From a virus (lineage: Duplodnaviria > Caudoviricetes), in the IMG/VR virus record IMGVR_UViG_3300015190_000002, positions 1 to 54,757 of that record: a stretch of DNA of 54,757 bases, one strand, 5' to 3'. Numbering within the stretch: the first letter of the stretch is position 1; every line of letters starts with the position of its first letter. Position numbers and translations under genes: made by a program. This document shows, one piece after another, positions 36,707-46,543 of the stretch. The notes under the pieces were generated by a model. It saw only the letters and a program-made list of their open reading frames with translations, did not search any database and was not told the origin of the DNA.

Positions 36707-37728
36707 TTGTCATCGGTTTCAGCCGTCACGGCGAGTACCCACAGCTTCACGCCGCTCAGCCCCAGCAGCGCCGAGTTGATCTGGTGAATCTGGCCGGGCC
36801 CGAACAGGTCATCCCGCGGCGTCTGTAGCCCGGTAACTTTTGTGATCGGTCGATTCGATTCACCCTGGACGTACGCACACACCGTCTGCGCGCTGATGCC
36901 GCCACGAAGATCTGCGTCTGTAGCCGACTCGATCATCTCGCTCGAGAAGGCGTACGGGACTACTCCCGCTGGTAGTACGCCTGGATTCGAGTACGACACC
37001 GCGCCCAGCCCATCTCCGTAGTCGAAGCCGGTTACCGACCAGGCTGAGTACGTGTCGAACGTTTCAATCTGTGTGTGCGCACCCTCGAAGATGTCCACGC
37101 CTTCGGTCAGCGTGAAGTCTGGACTTCCGCTCGGCGTTCCAAGAACCTGCGTTCTGAAGACAGCGCCGTTGGTCGTCTCGATCATCTTGTAGCCAAGGCT
37201 GGCTTTGGATAACCGGTTCAGATATTCGAGCGCACTTTCCCCCTTGCGCCACGTATAGGCGATTGCAGCCGATGTGCCTCGTACGATGCCCGTCCCGCCG
37301 ATATTGCTCGAGGAAAACGGCACGCCGGCAATCGTCAGAACCGCTTGCGCGATAGCCTGGTCAGTGGCCGGCCCGCTGGTCAGGTCGGTGAGTGTCAGCC
37401 CGAGCGGGTAATTGTTGCGGTACTTCTGAGCTGCAAACAACGGTCCGCGGCAGATGAGCTCGAACGTCGGCCCGCTGTTCAGCCAATCTCCCTGGAGGAT
37501 GGTCCCGGACGGCATACGCGTGATGTTGTTGTTCCCGCCGCCGAGCGTGATGGACACTCCGTCGCCCTGGCTGAATGACGGTGCCGAGATGCACTTCACA
37601 TAGCCTTTGGACACCGGGTCGTGCAGGGACGTCTCTACTCTGCCGCCGAGAAGGATCTGTGTGTCGATCGCCGTACCGTTGATCGTGGCCGTGCAGTACG
37701 GACGCCAGACTGACGATGAGAATGTCAT
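36673..37728 (-). CDS. Baseplate hub/Tal-like tail protein
   Basis: Second gene after the tape measure; size and ESALEYLNRL pattern. Confidence 0.6.
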   Translation of the reverse strand: MTFSSSVWRPYCTATINGTAIDTQILLGGRVETSLHDPVSKGYVKCISAPSFSQGDGVSITLGGGNNNITRMPSGTILQGDWLNSGPTFELICRGPLFAAQKYRNNYPLGLTLTDLTSGPATDQAIAQAVLTIAGVPFSSSNIGGTGIVRGTSAAIAYTWRKGESALEYLNRLSKASLGYKMIETTNGAVFRTQVLGTPSGSPDFTLTEGVDIFEGAHTQIETFDTYSAWSVTGFDYGDGLGAVSYSNPGVLPAGVVPYAFSSEMIESATDADLRGGISAQTVCAYVQGESNRPITKVTGLQTPRDDLFGPGQIHQINSALLGLSGVKLWVLAVTAETDDKWFRQTLEYVG

Positions 37729-38066
37729 GTCAGAACGAACTGAGCTCGCGCGTGAACTTCGCCGTTCGCCAGCGGCGCGTCAGGATTCGCTTCCTTGAGG
37801 ATCGCGCCGACGCTACCCGTGTCCCACCCGTCGATGTAGAGCGAGCCCACGCGACCTCGCTGCACGATGAAATTGATCCAATCACCGCGTGTTGGAAAGA
37901 CGCACGTAACCGTCCGCAAGACTTCCCGCTGCCCGCCCAGGCTGATAGCTACCTTGTCTCCTCCTGGGAAGCCTCTGACGGTGACGGATGACGTTGCCGC
38001 CTCTGACCAGCTCGCCGTGTCAGTCGTGAAGTTTACGGTTGTCCCGCCAGCGCTGAAGGAAGCCAT
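37725..38066 (-). CDS. Distal tail (Dit-like) protein
   Basis: Immediately after the tape measure. Confidence 0.5.
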   Translation of the reverse strand: MASFSAGGTTVNFTTDTASWSEAATSSVTVRGFPGGDKVAISLGGQREVLRTVTCVFPTRGDWINFIVQRGRVGSLYIDGWDTGSVGAILKEANPDAPLANGEVHARAQFVLT

Positions 38067-38067
38067 G

Positions 38068-40866
38068 CTAGATAGAGCTGATGGCCAACTGCGGGAAGCC
38101 GCTGTTATCGGCAGGCTGGTTCACACGCCGCGCTGAGCGATCTACAGCCGCCGCCATCTCGGCAAGGAAGGCCGCGCGTTCAGCCTCATTGCTCACGATG
38201 AGCGTACCGATCGTGATAAGCGAAGCGGTGCCGCCACCGAAGCCGCTGCCGCCGGACCCGCCACCCTGATTCGGGCTGAACGCGGTCGGCGTGAACTGCG
38301 GCCCACCGGCAGGTTGGTTGCCGCTGAACGGGTTAGCGCCACTGCCAGGCGTGAGCCAGGGCGGGAGCTGCAAGTCGCGGATCGCCTTGGCAAACCCGTT
38401 GAGAGCATCCGTGGCGTTCAAGAAGAAGCCGGTAATGGGCTGTACCCGGTCGCCAATCAGGCTCATACTCGTCGCCAGTGCTCCGAACGTCCCGCTCACG
38501 GCTTGAAGCGCTGGTTGAGTAGGCTCGATGACCAGGCCCAGGCGTTGAAAGCCTGGGATGAGCACGTTTTCGAAGAGCCCCTGGAGAGCAGTCGATTTGA
38601 GGTCGCCGAGCGCATTCATGACGTTGATGATCGCGCCGAAGAAGCCGCCGATTGACCCGAACAGTGGCCCAAGCGAAGCTACCTGTGTGCCGAAGTCGAC
38701 CAGTGATTTCGGCAGGTGTTCCCGGAAGTAGGTGAGGACGACTTGGCCGTTGCCGGTTACCAGCGCGTCCATGAGCTTGCCGAGGGTGCTGAATGCGCTC
38801 CCGACATTCGGCCCGATCGCGTCAATTACCTTCTGAAACGCGGGCTGCAATTCACTTGTCCAGATACGGGCTACCTCAGCCGACGCGGACTGGAGTAATG
38901 GCATTGCACGGCCGGCCAGGTCTTGCAGCCACGGTCCGACTGTTCCAGAGACAAATCCACCAACCCGCTCAAATGCAGGCGCGAGTTGTGTAGTCCACAA
39001 TCCGCTGAGCGTGCCCGCCGCCGACTCCAGCGCTGGTAGCGCGTTAGCGGCGAGCGATTGCATGGCCGGCATCACATCCGATGTGATGATTGCGCCGACT
39101 TCTCGAAAGGCGGGGCCGAGCTGCGTATCCCAGAACGCCTTCAATTTTGCCGCCGCCTCGATGACGGTCGGGATGGCCGTCGAGGCGAACATCTGGAATC
39201 GTGGCACCACCTCGCCGAGCAGGAACCCGCCAATTGTTCCGAGCGCTGGCACCAGTTCGCTGCTCACGAACGCGCTGAGCCTGCTGAACGCCGGCATCAC
39301 TTCCGACACCACGAAGTCGGCCACGACGCTCAGCGCCGGCCCGAGCATTTCACCCAACGACGAACCGAGACGGCTGACAGTCGGCACAATAGTCGATTCC
39401 CAGAAGTCGGCCGCAGCTTGGAATCTCGAGCCGACCTCGTCGAGCACACCTGGCAACGCCTCGAACGCCGACCCGACGATATCCTGAATCCCGCCCAGGT
39501 TCGATTGCCACGCCGCGGCGAAGACGGCCACTGCTGCGCCCACCACGAGCAGAACCGGCGCCAATGCCGCCACGACGCCTGCTAAGGCGGCAAACGCCGG
39601 CCCCACGGCTACGATGAACGGCGCAATCAGCACAAAGCCGCCGACCATAACCCCCAGGGCACTGCCGACTGCCGACAGGCCGACAAGCGCTCTAAGCACT
39701 GGCTCAGGCAATCCGCGGATCGAGTCGACGAAGCCAGAGACAACCCCGAGCGCACTCGACAACGGAGGAAGCAGGACGTTGCCGACTGCAATGCCGAGCT
39801 CCTTGATCTGATTCCCGAGCACGCCCCACTGGAAGCCCACAGTAGCCTGGATACGCGCGAAGGCGTCATCGGTAACCCCGAGCGAGTTCTGCATATCACC
39901 CAGGATCGAACGGAAGTCTTCGGCTCCACGGCCGGCCAGAATGAAGCTCGCTGCGCCACCCCGGATGTTCGGAACCAGCCTTAGCCACGTCGACGTCTGC
40001 TGATCGGCGGTCAGCCCGACACGATCCATCGCGTTCCGGGTCATGTCAAGCACGCCGGTTAGCCCGAGCGTATGCACACCTGTTGCGGTAAAGGCGTTGA
40101 CCAGATCGACGCCGCTCCGCGCGCTCAGGTCGGCAATGACTTTCTCTGCGGCCTTGCTTGGGTTGATGAGGTGCTGAATTTCGTCCTTGACCTGAACAGC
40201 AGCCGTGGCCGCGTCAAAGCCGTGGCGAGTCATAGCCGACATCGCAGCGGCGGCTTGGTCGAGCGGAATGCCAACCGCGGCGGCGAATGCGGCGACTTGA
40301 CCGAAGCTCGAACTGAATTGCTCGAGCGTCATGTTGCCTTCGGCCGAGGCGATGTGCAACTGATCCATCGTGCTCGCCGCTTCGCTGCCAGCGATGCCGA
40401 ACTCGTGCATCACCGCTGCCAACACTTCTGCCGTCGCCGAAGTGTTGCCGCCAGTCGACGTGGCCGACCGCATAGCGGCTTCGAGAATCATCGTCGCATC
40501 GGCAGCACCGAAGCCGAAGTTGCTGACGTGCATAAAGCCAGTGGCGAGGTTGTCAAGGGACACAGGCGCTTCTGCACCGAGCCGGAGCACGGTAGCTTGC
40601 ATCGCCTGCATGCCTTCATCGGTCATCGTCGTGTTATTGCGGACCTCAGTCAGCCGTGTCTGAAAGTCAGCCGCATCCGATGCAGCCGCGCCTAACGCCA
40701 GTCCCAGGCCCGCCCCGGCCGCTACTAGCAACTCGGCAGCAGGCGCAGCAGCACGAAACCCTGCCTCAGCAGCGGTCAGTGACACGCCGAGCGTCGACAG
40801 CCCGGCAATGGCAGCAGACACGTCGGCGCTCACCGACACGAACAACTCTGCAATCGGGACCGGAAT
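38068..40866 (-). CDS. Tape measure protein (start ATT 40866 or TTG 40845)
   Basis: TP901-type N-terminal core, Ala/Gly-rich amphipathic helical repeats with W/F periodicity. Confidence 0.9.
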   Translation of the reverse strand: MPVPIAELFVSVSADVSAAIAGLSTLGVSLTAAEAGFRAAAPAAELLVAAGAGLGLALGAAASDAADFQTRLTEVRNNTTMTDEGMQAMQATVLRLGAEAPVSLDNLATGFMHVSNFGFGAADATMILEAAMRSATSTGGNTSATAEVLAAVMHEFGIAGSEAASTMDQLHIASAEGNMTLEQFSSSFGQVAAFAAAVGIPLDQAAAAMSAMTRHGFDAATAAVQVKDEIQHLINPSKAAEKVIADLSARSGVDLVNAFTATGVHTLGLTGVLDMTRNAMDRVGLTADQQTSTWLRLVPNIRGGAASFILAGRGAEDFRSILGDMQNSLGVTDDAFARIQATVGFQWGVLGNQIKELGIAVGNVLLPPLSSALGVVSGFVDSIRGLPEPVLRALVGLSAVGSALGVMVGGFVLIAPFIVAVGPAFAALAGVVAALAPVLLVVGAAVAVFAAAWQSNLGGIQDIVGSAFEALPGVLDEVGSRFQAAADFWESTIVPTVSRLGSSLGEMLGPALSVVADFVVSEVMPAFSRLSAFVSSELVPALGTIGGFLLGEVVPRFQMFASTAIPTVIEAAAKLKAFWDTQLGPAFREVGAIITSDVMPAMQSLAANALPALESAAGTLSGLWTTQLAPAFERVGGFVSGTVGPWLQDLAGRAMPLLQSASAEVARIWTSELQPAFQKVIDAIGPNVGSAFSTLGKLMDALVTGNGQVVLTYFREHLPKSLVDFGTQVASLGPLFGSIGGFFGAIINVMNALGDLKSTALQGLFENVLIPGFQRLGLVIEPTQPALQAVSGTFGALATSMSLIGDRVQPITGFFLNATDALNGFAKAIRDLQLPPWLTPGSGANPFSGNQPAGGPQFTPTAFSPNQGGGSGGSGFGGGTASLITIGTLIVSNEAERAAFLAEMAAAVDRSARRVNQPADNSGFPQLAISSI

Positions 40867-40893
40867 TAGAGTGCCCTTCCGCCCCTACGTGTC

Positions 40894-41307
40894 ATGCAAC
40901 ACTCATTCACCCGCGCCTCAACCTGCCCTCAACATGGACGCGGAATGTTGGTCGCTATGCACTTGCTGGTGGCCTTCACAGTCGCGGCCGTATGGCTCAT
41001 GGCCCAACCGTCCACGCCGGAGTACAAACTGGCTGCCATTCAGGCAGGTAGCCCCGACGACGCTCTGGTCAGCCAGATGTCCGATGCGCTCGATTCGCTC
41101 GGCTCGAAATGCACCGAATCGCGGCCCGTCCTTGCCGACTACACGACCACTATTCGCAACCACATGGCTCTGCGAGGTGTAGACGAAACTCCCCTTTCGA
41201 TCTTGCAACATGTGAGCGCCGCTATCCCTGACGACCTCATCGCCATCGGTCCCATCGCTTGCGATGGGATATTCGCGCTCTACTACGTCGCCCGGCTCGA
41301 CGGCTAG
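40894..41307 (+). CDS. Antisense moron: membrane-anchored protein
   Basis: TM segment then a domain with a Cys pair; fills the gap between TAC extension and TMP; start uncertain. Confidence 0.55.
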   Translation: MQHSFTRASTCPQHGRGMLVAMHLLVAFTVAAVWLMAQPSTPEYKLAAIQAGSPDDALVSQMSDALDSLGSKCTESRPVLADYTTTIRNHMALRGVDETPLSILQHVSAAIPDDLIAIGPIACDGIFALYYVARLDG

Positions 41308-41308
41308 G

Positions 41309-41530
41309 CTAGCCACCCAATCGCACGCCTGCCATACGTTGTGCCCTGGCGTGGTCTTCGGCGCGTTCACGAGCTCGCTCATGTTCGCGTTCCTCGATGC
41401 GGTACAGCGCTGCCCAGTACGCCCGTTCACGCGCTGACATCCGCTGCTGCATCTCCGCGTGCGTCATCCCGCCGATTTCGCGCGTTAGCTGGTACTCGAA
41501 TTTTAGCCAACTGTCCCGACTGAGGACTTT
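41309..41530 (-). CDS. Tail assembly chaperone frameshift extension (gpT-like)
   Basis: +1 frame reads KVLSRDSWLKFEYQLTREIGGMTHAEMQQRMSARERAYWAALY...*, a typical gpT pattern. Confidence 0.65.
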   Translation of the reverse strand, partial: KVLSRDSWLKFEYQLTREIGGMTHAEMQQRMSARERAYWAALYRIEEREHERARERAEDHARAQRMAGVRLGG

Positions 41531-41894
41531 TGTCGGCCTCCGCTACCGCGTCCTCCGATAGACCGTTCGCCGCCAGGAGCGCTTTCATAATCGTGCTGAT
41601 CGCAACCGCCGAGTGCTCTTTCCGTAGCAGTTCATAATCCTCGAGGTCGAACTTTGGATCGACTACCCCCTCGATGAACAGGCGCGCGGAGTATTCCTCT
41701 CGGTCAAGCTCGATCGGGCGGCCAAACTTGGCCGGGTTGGGCCCAGTCGACGCCTTCTGCATGGCTTCGAGCTGATCGAGCGTGAACGTACGGATGCGAA
41801 CCGTGCCGCCCCACTGCGGCACGGGTACGTCCATCTCGTGAATGTCCTGAGCCGCGAGGATTGCCTCGCGGGTCAGCCTGTTCGTTGCTTCCAT
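41427..41894 (-). CDS. Tail assembly chaperone (gpG-like)
   Basis: LTREAILAAQD...VPVPQWGG.VRIR; follows major tail protein. Confidence 0.8.
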   Translation of the reverse strand: MEATNRLTREAILAAQDIHEMDVPVPQWGGTVRIRTFTLDQLEAMQKASTGPNPAKFGRPIELDREEYSARLFIEGVVDPKFDLEDYELLRKEHSAVAISTIMKALLAANGLSEDAVAEADKSPQSGQLAKIRVPANARNRRDDARGDAAADVSA

Positions 41895-41930
41895 GAGCCC
41901 TCCTTCAGGGGTGATGGTGATTGCAGCGGG

Positions 41931-42320
41931 TTACGCGTCAGTAATCGCGCCGACGATTGCCAGCTCCGAGGTCCACTTGGCCGTGTCATCGCCCTGAGTC
42001 TCAACCTTGTACACAGCCACGAACGCGCTGCCGGAGATACCTCGACCCGCGGCACCGGCTGGCCGATGAGTGAACGTCACCAGCGCTGGCGTTGTTGCCA
42101 GCATCAGCGGAGCGATGATGGCGTCCAGCGCGGGGTCGTAGCCGCCGTCGAGTGCGACCGTGCCCATGTAGGGGCCGACGACCTTCGACACGGCTGAGCC
42201 GCCCATTGGCTTGACGTCCTTGATATCCCGCTTGATGTCAGTCGTGACCTTTGTCACGTAGACCGAGATATCCGTACCGTTGAGAGTGAAGGTTGCTACG
42301 TTGCCGCTATTGAATGGCAT
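41931..42320 (-). CDS. Major tail (tube) protein
   Basis: Position and siphophage tube-like beta pattern. Confidence 0.7.
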   Translation of the reverse strand: MPFNSGNVATFTLNGTDISVYVTKVTTDIKRDIKDVKPMGGSAVSKVVGPYMGTVALDGGYDPALDAIIAPLMLATTPALVTFTHRPAGAAGRGISGSAFVAVYKVETQGDDTAKWTSELAIVGAITDA

Positions 42321-42542
42321 CTCACTCGACCCTTTCTGAAGAGGATCGAGCGAGCGTCCCTATAGACGGTGGCTCGTTGTTATGCGGGGCCGACTCCGGC
42401 GCGGCACCTAGTGTGCTGAGTGTATTCGACGGACTTGCGCCTAGAGTATTCATGCTAGTGCGCGGTAAGTTCCAGCGCACCTCAATCGCAGCGACCACAG
42501 TTAGCAATCCCCGCCGTACAGCTATCCACAGGTCGCGGTCAC

Positions 42543-42980
42543 TCATTGATACGACGGCTGGAAGCGGATACGGTAAAACCCGCCCATATACACCGTCCGA
42601 ATGCCGAACTGGCTGTCCATGCGCTGATGTGGCTGTTCACGGAAGCACGTCGAGATCCGTACGCCGTCCACAACCGTGCCGCCAATCGGGACGTTCATCA
42701 CCGCTTCGATCCGATCGGCAAGGTTCGACACGGTTTCATACGTACCGCTCTGAGCAACAGCCCGGATCAGGTACAGCACCTGGGTCAGCCGGCCAGTCGA
42801 GGTCAGCACCTTGTCTGCCCCGCCCAGGAAGGCCGCGATAATCATGGGCGTAGCCGTACCTTCGGGCGCCTCGTCGATGAATATCCGCCCGCCCACCATG
42901 CCCACGAGTGACGCATCGCTGGTCAGCGACGTGATGAGCCACTGGTTGACCCGAGACAGCTCGGCAACAGTGCCAGGCAT
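42543..42980 (-). CDS. Tail terminator/completion protein (DUF3168-like)
   Basis: L..D..L...VGGRIF..APEGT..P pattern. Confidence 0.7.
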   Translation of the reverse strand: MPGTVAELSRVNQWLITSLTSDASLVGMVGGRIFIDEAPEGTATPMIIAAFLGGADKVLTSTGRLTQVLYLIRAVAQSGTYETVSNLADRIEAVMNVPIGGTVVDGVRISTCFREQPHQRMDSQFGIRTVYMGGFYRIRFQPSYQ

Positions 42981-42982
42981 AG

Positions 42983-43435
42983 CTAGAAGTCAGCGACATT
43001 GGCAAACGACTCGGCGAAGCTCGACCGAATGATCTCGCAAGCGGGCGTCAAGAATGCCTGCGGCGCCTGGTAGCGCGTCCCGAACTCCTGAAAGATGCCA
43101 TGCCCAGCCGCCACCCCCACCACGTCGACATACGAGTTCGCCATGTCCGCACTGCTAGAGAAATTGGACAGTACGAACTCGGGCATGATCTCTTCACCGA
43201 TCTGCACACCCGGATTCAGCGACTGCGCGTCTCCGACACGCTGGGAGTAGTCGCTAGTCTCTCCGTTCGTGACGTAGATGCTTGCCGCCAGTGAACCCGT
43301 CGCTTTGGGCGCCAGGGAAGCCGCGAGCTCCTGCAATTGAGCCGCGGCCGCGTCGGTATCCTGCTTCGCCATTTTTGGAATGCTCAACAGCAGCGCGGCC
43401 AGGCCAGTCGTGTTCAGCCGCGTGGTAATCGTCAC
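42983..43435 (-). CDS. HK97 gp10-like tail-completion protein
   Basis: AP..TG.L..SI and F.EFGT....Q.FL.PA motifs. Confidence 0.8.
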   Translation of the reverse strand: MTITTRLNTTGLAALLLSIPKMAKQDTDAAAAQLQELAASLAPKATGSLAASIYVTNGETSDYSQRVGDAQSLNPGVQIGEEIMPEFVLSNFSSSADMANSYVDVVGVAAGHGIFQEFGTRYQAPQAFLTPACEIIRSSFAESFANVADF

Positions 43436-43441
43436 GACTGC

Positions 43442-44722
43442 CTACAGCACACCCGAGTTGCGAACTGCGAACGAATCGCCACTCGTGCCACCCGTCACGC
43501 TGATCGGGCTGGACGGCACCAGCGATGTGTACTTACGAAGGATGACCGTGCCTGCCGGCTGCGCGTTCAGCACCGGCGAGGCGTTGATAGCGGTGGTGAG
43601 CGCCGTGCCCTTGATAGGCGTTTGCACCGCCGCGGTGCCAGTCTGCACCAACGGGATCACCACGCCGTTGAGCGTGTTCGCCGGCACATTTGCTGAGTAC
43701 ACGACAGCGGTCGTCGCGCCCGTGGTTTGCACCGTGACGGTGATCGACGACGAGGACGCGCCGGTCGACACCCCGGTAGTGTTCACCAGCTCAAGCGAGT
43801 CCTGATAGCCGAGGACTTTCTTGAGGTCGACTACGGTCGCGGTCCCGGAGCCGGTGAACGAGATGGTAGCCAGCCGCTGCGAGTGGTCGCGTCCGTTGCG
43901 AAGGATGCGTACGAACTCAGCAAAGCCAGTCGGGAAGTCAAACGGCGTACCCGTCTGGTGAGTAGCCTTGGCCCAGGCCATAAGCGTGATACCAGCGCTG
44001 TTCGCGCCGAGTCCCTGACTCGCCGTCACTGTCTGAACGTACTTGTCCAGCGAGGTCAGCGCGAAGCCGAGCTCGCTCTTTACTGCCGACCGGCTGATGA
44101 GCTTGGTCTGACCGGCGTCGAAGTCGTTGAACATGCGCGCAGCCGGGTCTGTCGTCTGCGCGGCGTAGGCTGTCAACGTTTGACCAGCCGTGATGTTCGC
44201 GGTGGTGATGACGCTTGCGCCTGCCTGGTACACGACGCGGATCATTGCCAGGAGTACGCAGCCCTTGGGGATATTGGGCTTGATTTCAGTATCGTCGCGG
44301 TCCTCGCGCGGTCCACGGAACACGGTCAGCGCTGCAAGATGGTCAGCACACAAGGCCAGGTCATAGAACTGCCCAGGCGCCAGCGCAGACCCGTCAGTAC
44401 ACGTCTGTGAGAAGATCGTCGCGTTGCCGTACGTCGCGTTCGTCGCTACGGCAACCGTCTGCCCGTTGATGACGACGTTACCGCCGGTGATGTTGACGGT
44501 GTTGTTCGGCGAACCCTGCGCGGCGACGGTGAGGGCACTACCAGCGGCGATGCCAGTGGTCAGGTCATTGCCGCCGCGAACGTAGCTCTTGACGGCTTCC
44601 AGCCAGTAGAACGGGCTCTCCTGATTGGCCTCGTCTCCGACAGCCTGAATGTATGCGTTGTGGGCCCGGCCGACCCAGTTGCAAACGTTCGTGAGCAGCG
44701 TGGTGTCAATCGTGAGCGGCAT
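43442..44722 (-). CDS. 426-aa putative neck/collar or fibre-attachment virion protein
   Basis: Within neck cluster; LTVAAQGSPN.TVNITGG segment like fibre N-termini. Confidence 0.5.
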   Translation of the reverse strand: MPLTIDTTLLTNVCNWVGRAHNAYIQAVGDEANQESPFYWLEAVKSYVRGGNDLTTGIAAGSALTVAAQGSPNNTVNITGGNVVINGQTVAVATNATYGNATIFSQTCTDGSALAPGQFYDLALCADHLAALTVFRGPREDRDDTEIKPNIPKGCVLLAMIRVVYQAGASVITTANITAGQTLTAYAAQTTDPAARMFNDFDAGQTKLISRSAVKSELGFALTSLDKYVQTVTASQGLGANSAGITLMAWAKATHQTGTPFDFPTGFAEFVRILRNGRDHSQRLATISFTGSGTATVVDLKKVLGYQDSLELVNTTGVSTGASSSSITVTVQTTGATTAVVYSANVPANTLNGVVIPLVQTGTAAVQTPIKGTALTTAINASPVLNAQPAGTVILRKYTSLVPSSPISVTGGTSGDSFAVRNSGVL

Positions 44723-44955
44723 CAGTCATGCTCCGAATGGAAAACCGGCTCAGGTTCGACAGGCTGAGCAATTTGCGGAGCCGCGGCTACAGACTCGTCT
44801 TCGATCGTAGCGTAAGGTTCGCCAGTCTCGGGATGCGCGGTCTTCGCCTCAGCCAGAGCCACGAGGTCGGGCATTGGATTGCGAACCACGTCGCCGGGCT
44901 CATGAGTGCCGGATGCGTCCGCGATCCTTTCTGAGCCAATCTTGATGGTCACCAT
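44722..44955 (-). CDS. Small hypothetical virion-module protein
   Basis: Coupled ORF. Confidence 0.5.
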   Translation of the reverse strand: MVTIKIGSERIADASGTHEPGDVVRNPMPDLVALAEAKTAHPETGEPYATIEDESVAAAPQIAQPVEPEPVFHSEHD

Positions 44956-44958
44956 AGC

Positions 44959-45318
44959 CTAGTAAATCTCCTGTGCGATGAGTTCCAGTAGCAGTCCGCG
45001 CGAGCCTTCGCCGTGCCCGACCACTTCAAATGTTCGACCACCTGTAACCAGTCTGTCAGTTGGCAGGACATTCGTCCCGGACGGAAAATGGAATGCCCAG
45101 TACGTCACGTCCTGAATACGGACGGTGAACTCAACCTCCCGCGGCCTGATCTGAGACTTTGCAAAGTGACACGGATAGGTGCCCGCCGACACGTACGTGT
45201 CGCGCTGCCCGCCTTGCGTATCGGCAACCGTTGTCTTCCGCATAACCGTCGCGGTGGACGTGAAGACGTCCAGATACGCACCGCGCAACGTGCTGAGCTC
45301 GCCGGGGTGCAGGCTCAT
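44959..45318 (-). CDS. Head closure/stopper protein
   Basis: D..GG..T...P.GT.V..TDRL...GRTFEV pattern; position. Confidence 0.7.
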   Translation of the reverse strand: MSLHPGELSTLRGAYLDVFTSTATVMRKTTVADTQGGQRDTYVSAGTYPCHFAKSQIRPREVEFTVRIQDVTYWAFHFPSGTNVLPTDRLVTGGRTFEVVGHGEGSRGLLLELIAQEIY

Positions 45319-45749
45319 GGCAAACGCTGCGAGTCCTGCAAGACGATGTACGGATCGGCAGGACGATTCATGTTCACGATCGACACGGCGTACGACGGAT
45401 CAAACTCGCGGCACTCAACTTCAGCCAGCTCGAGGGCTTTGAGTGCTTGTTTTTGGAGTAGTTCGCGCTCGAGCGTCTGGTTACTGTCCGTCGTCGTGTA
45501 GTCGGCCGCAACTGCCTGAATGACCGCTCGCCAGATCGCTCGACGTCCAAGTGCCCGCAATCCGCGCAGTTGCCACGAGGTTGTCATCGCCGTCGTGTTG
45601 GTGATGCCAAGCTCCAGCTCTACGTCGTTGATCGCCTCGATAACCTGCACCGATCCGGCATCCCACCCGAGCAACGACGCAAAGTTGCCCAGCACGGACA
45701 CGAGATAGTCCGCGAAGATTGCCTCGGGGTAAGCGGTCGGCGCAGGCAT
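45315..45749 (-). CDS. Head-tail adaptor protein
   Basis: Helical ~144 aa, precedes head closure. Confidence 0.5.
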   Translation of the reverse strand: MPAPTAYPEAIFADYLVSVLGNFASLLGWDAGSVQVIEAINDVELELGITNTTAMTTSWQLRGLRALGRRAIWRAVIQAVAADYTTTDSNQTLERELLQKQALKALELAEVECREFDPSYAVSIVNMNRPADPYIVLQDSQRLP

Positions 45750-45758
45750 CAGAATCGA

Positions 45759-46220
45759 TTACGCGCTCGGGGGCGCGGGCTGGGCGGATGGCGGCAACGT
45801 GGTTCCCTGCGCTGGCGCAGCCGGCTGAGGCACAGGAGCTGGCTGCGGGCCCGGCTGAGGCTGCGGAGCAGGCGCGGGGTCGTCTGCGACGAGCTGCGCA
45901 GTCGCGGCCTCGAGGCGAGAAGACGACGCGTTGAGCTGATCCAACTGTGCCTGCGTCGGCGCCTGGTTGGTCGACAGCTGACCTACGGCCGTCTTGAGCT
46001 GCTGAATCTCGTTTGCGATGGCAGTCGACGCGGCCGTGGTCGCCGCCGTGTTTCGGTCAAGATCGGCCTGCAATTGTTCGGCCATGACGATGATGTGCTC
46101 CTGTCCATTCTCAAGATCAAGGATTCGTTCAACCAGAAAGTCCGCTACCTGTACGAGGTGGCTCAGTTGAGCAAACAGGTTTGCTCGAGGGTTGAGCGGG
46201 CTCGGCGGCGGTAGCGGCAC
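45759..46220 (-). CDS. Coiled-coil hypothetical protein with Pro/Gln tail
   Basis: Heptad pattern; head cluster. Confidence 0.55.
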   Translation of the reverse strand: MPLPPPSPLNPRANLFAQLSHLVQVADFLVERILDLENGQEHIIVMAEQLQADLDRNTAATTAASTAIANEIQQLKTAVGQLSTNQAPTQAQLDQLNASSSRLEAATAQLVADDPAPAPQPQPGPQPAPVPQPAAPAQGTTLPPSAQPAPPSA

Positions 46221-46225
46221 GACGT

Positions 46226-46543
46226 CTACCAGCGCTTCTTGTCCTCGGCCGAGCCCTTTTCCTCACCCCAGGCGTTGACCTTCGTCTTGCCGTCGGCGGC
46301 GATGTAGTAGTGCTTGTCGGGCTTCTGCGGCTCTGTCACGGTGTTCGGGCCGAGCCCGTCATCACCCATCGTCGCGGCCAGACGTGCGTTCGGTGCGTCG
46401 GTAACCGGCCGAGCGTTGAGCTCGCCGCGCCGCTGCTGTACCGCTGCCGCCACGGCTTGATCGTTTCCGCCGGCAGACTGGATCGCGTCGAGTTGATCGG
46501 TCGTCTCCGCGGCCTGCGCTTGTGCTACGTAATCGACTGCCAT
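46226..46543 (-). CDS. Hypothetical head-associated protein
   Basis: GGGAGG RBS; directly after MCP. Confidence 0.6.
   Translation of the reverse strand: MAVDYVAQAQAAETTDQLDAIQSAGGNDQAVAAAVQQRRGELNARPVTDAPNARLAATMGDDGLGPNTVTEPQKPDKHYYIAADGKTKVNAWGEEKGSAEDKKRW

Noticed and set aside
42322-42546. 74-aa ORF between tail terminator and tube genes
   Set aside because: Fits the gap but has no recognisable features; not confident enough to call.
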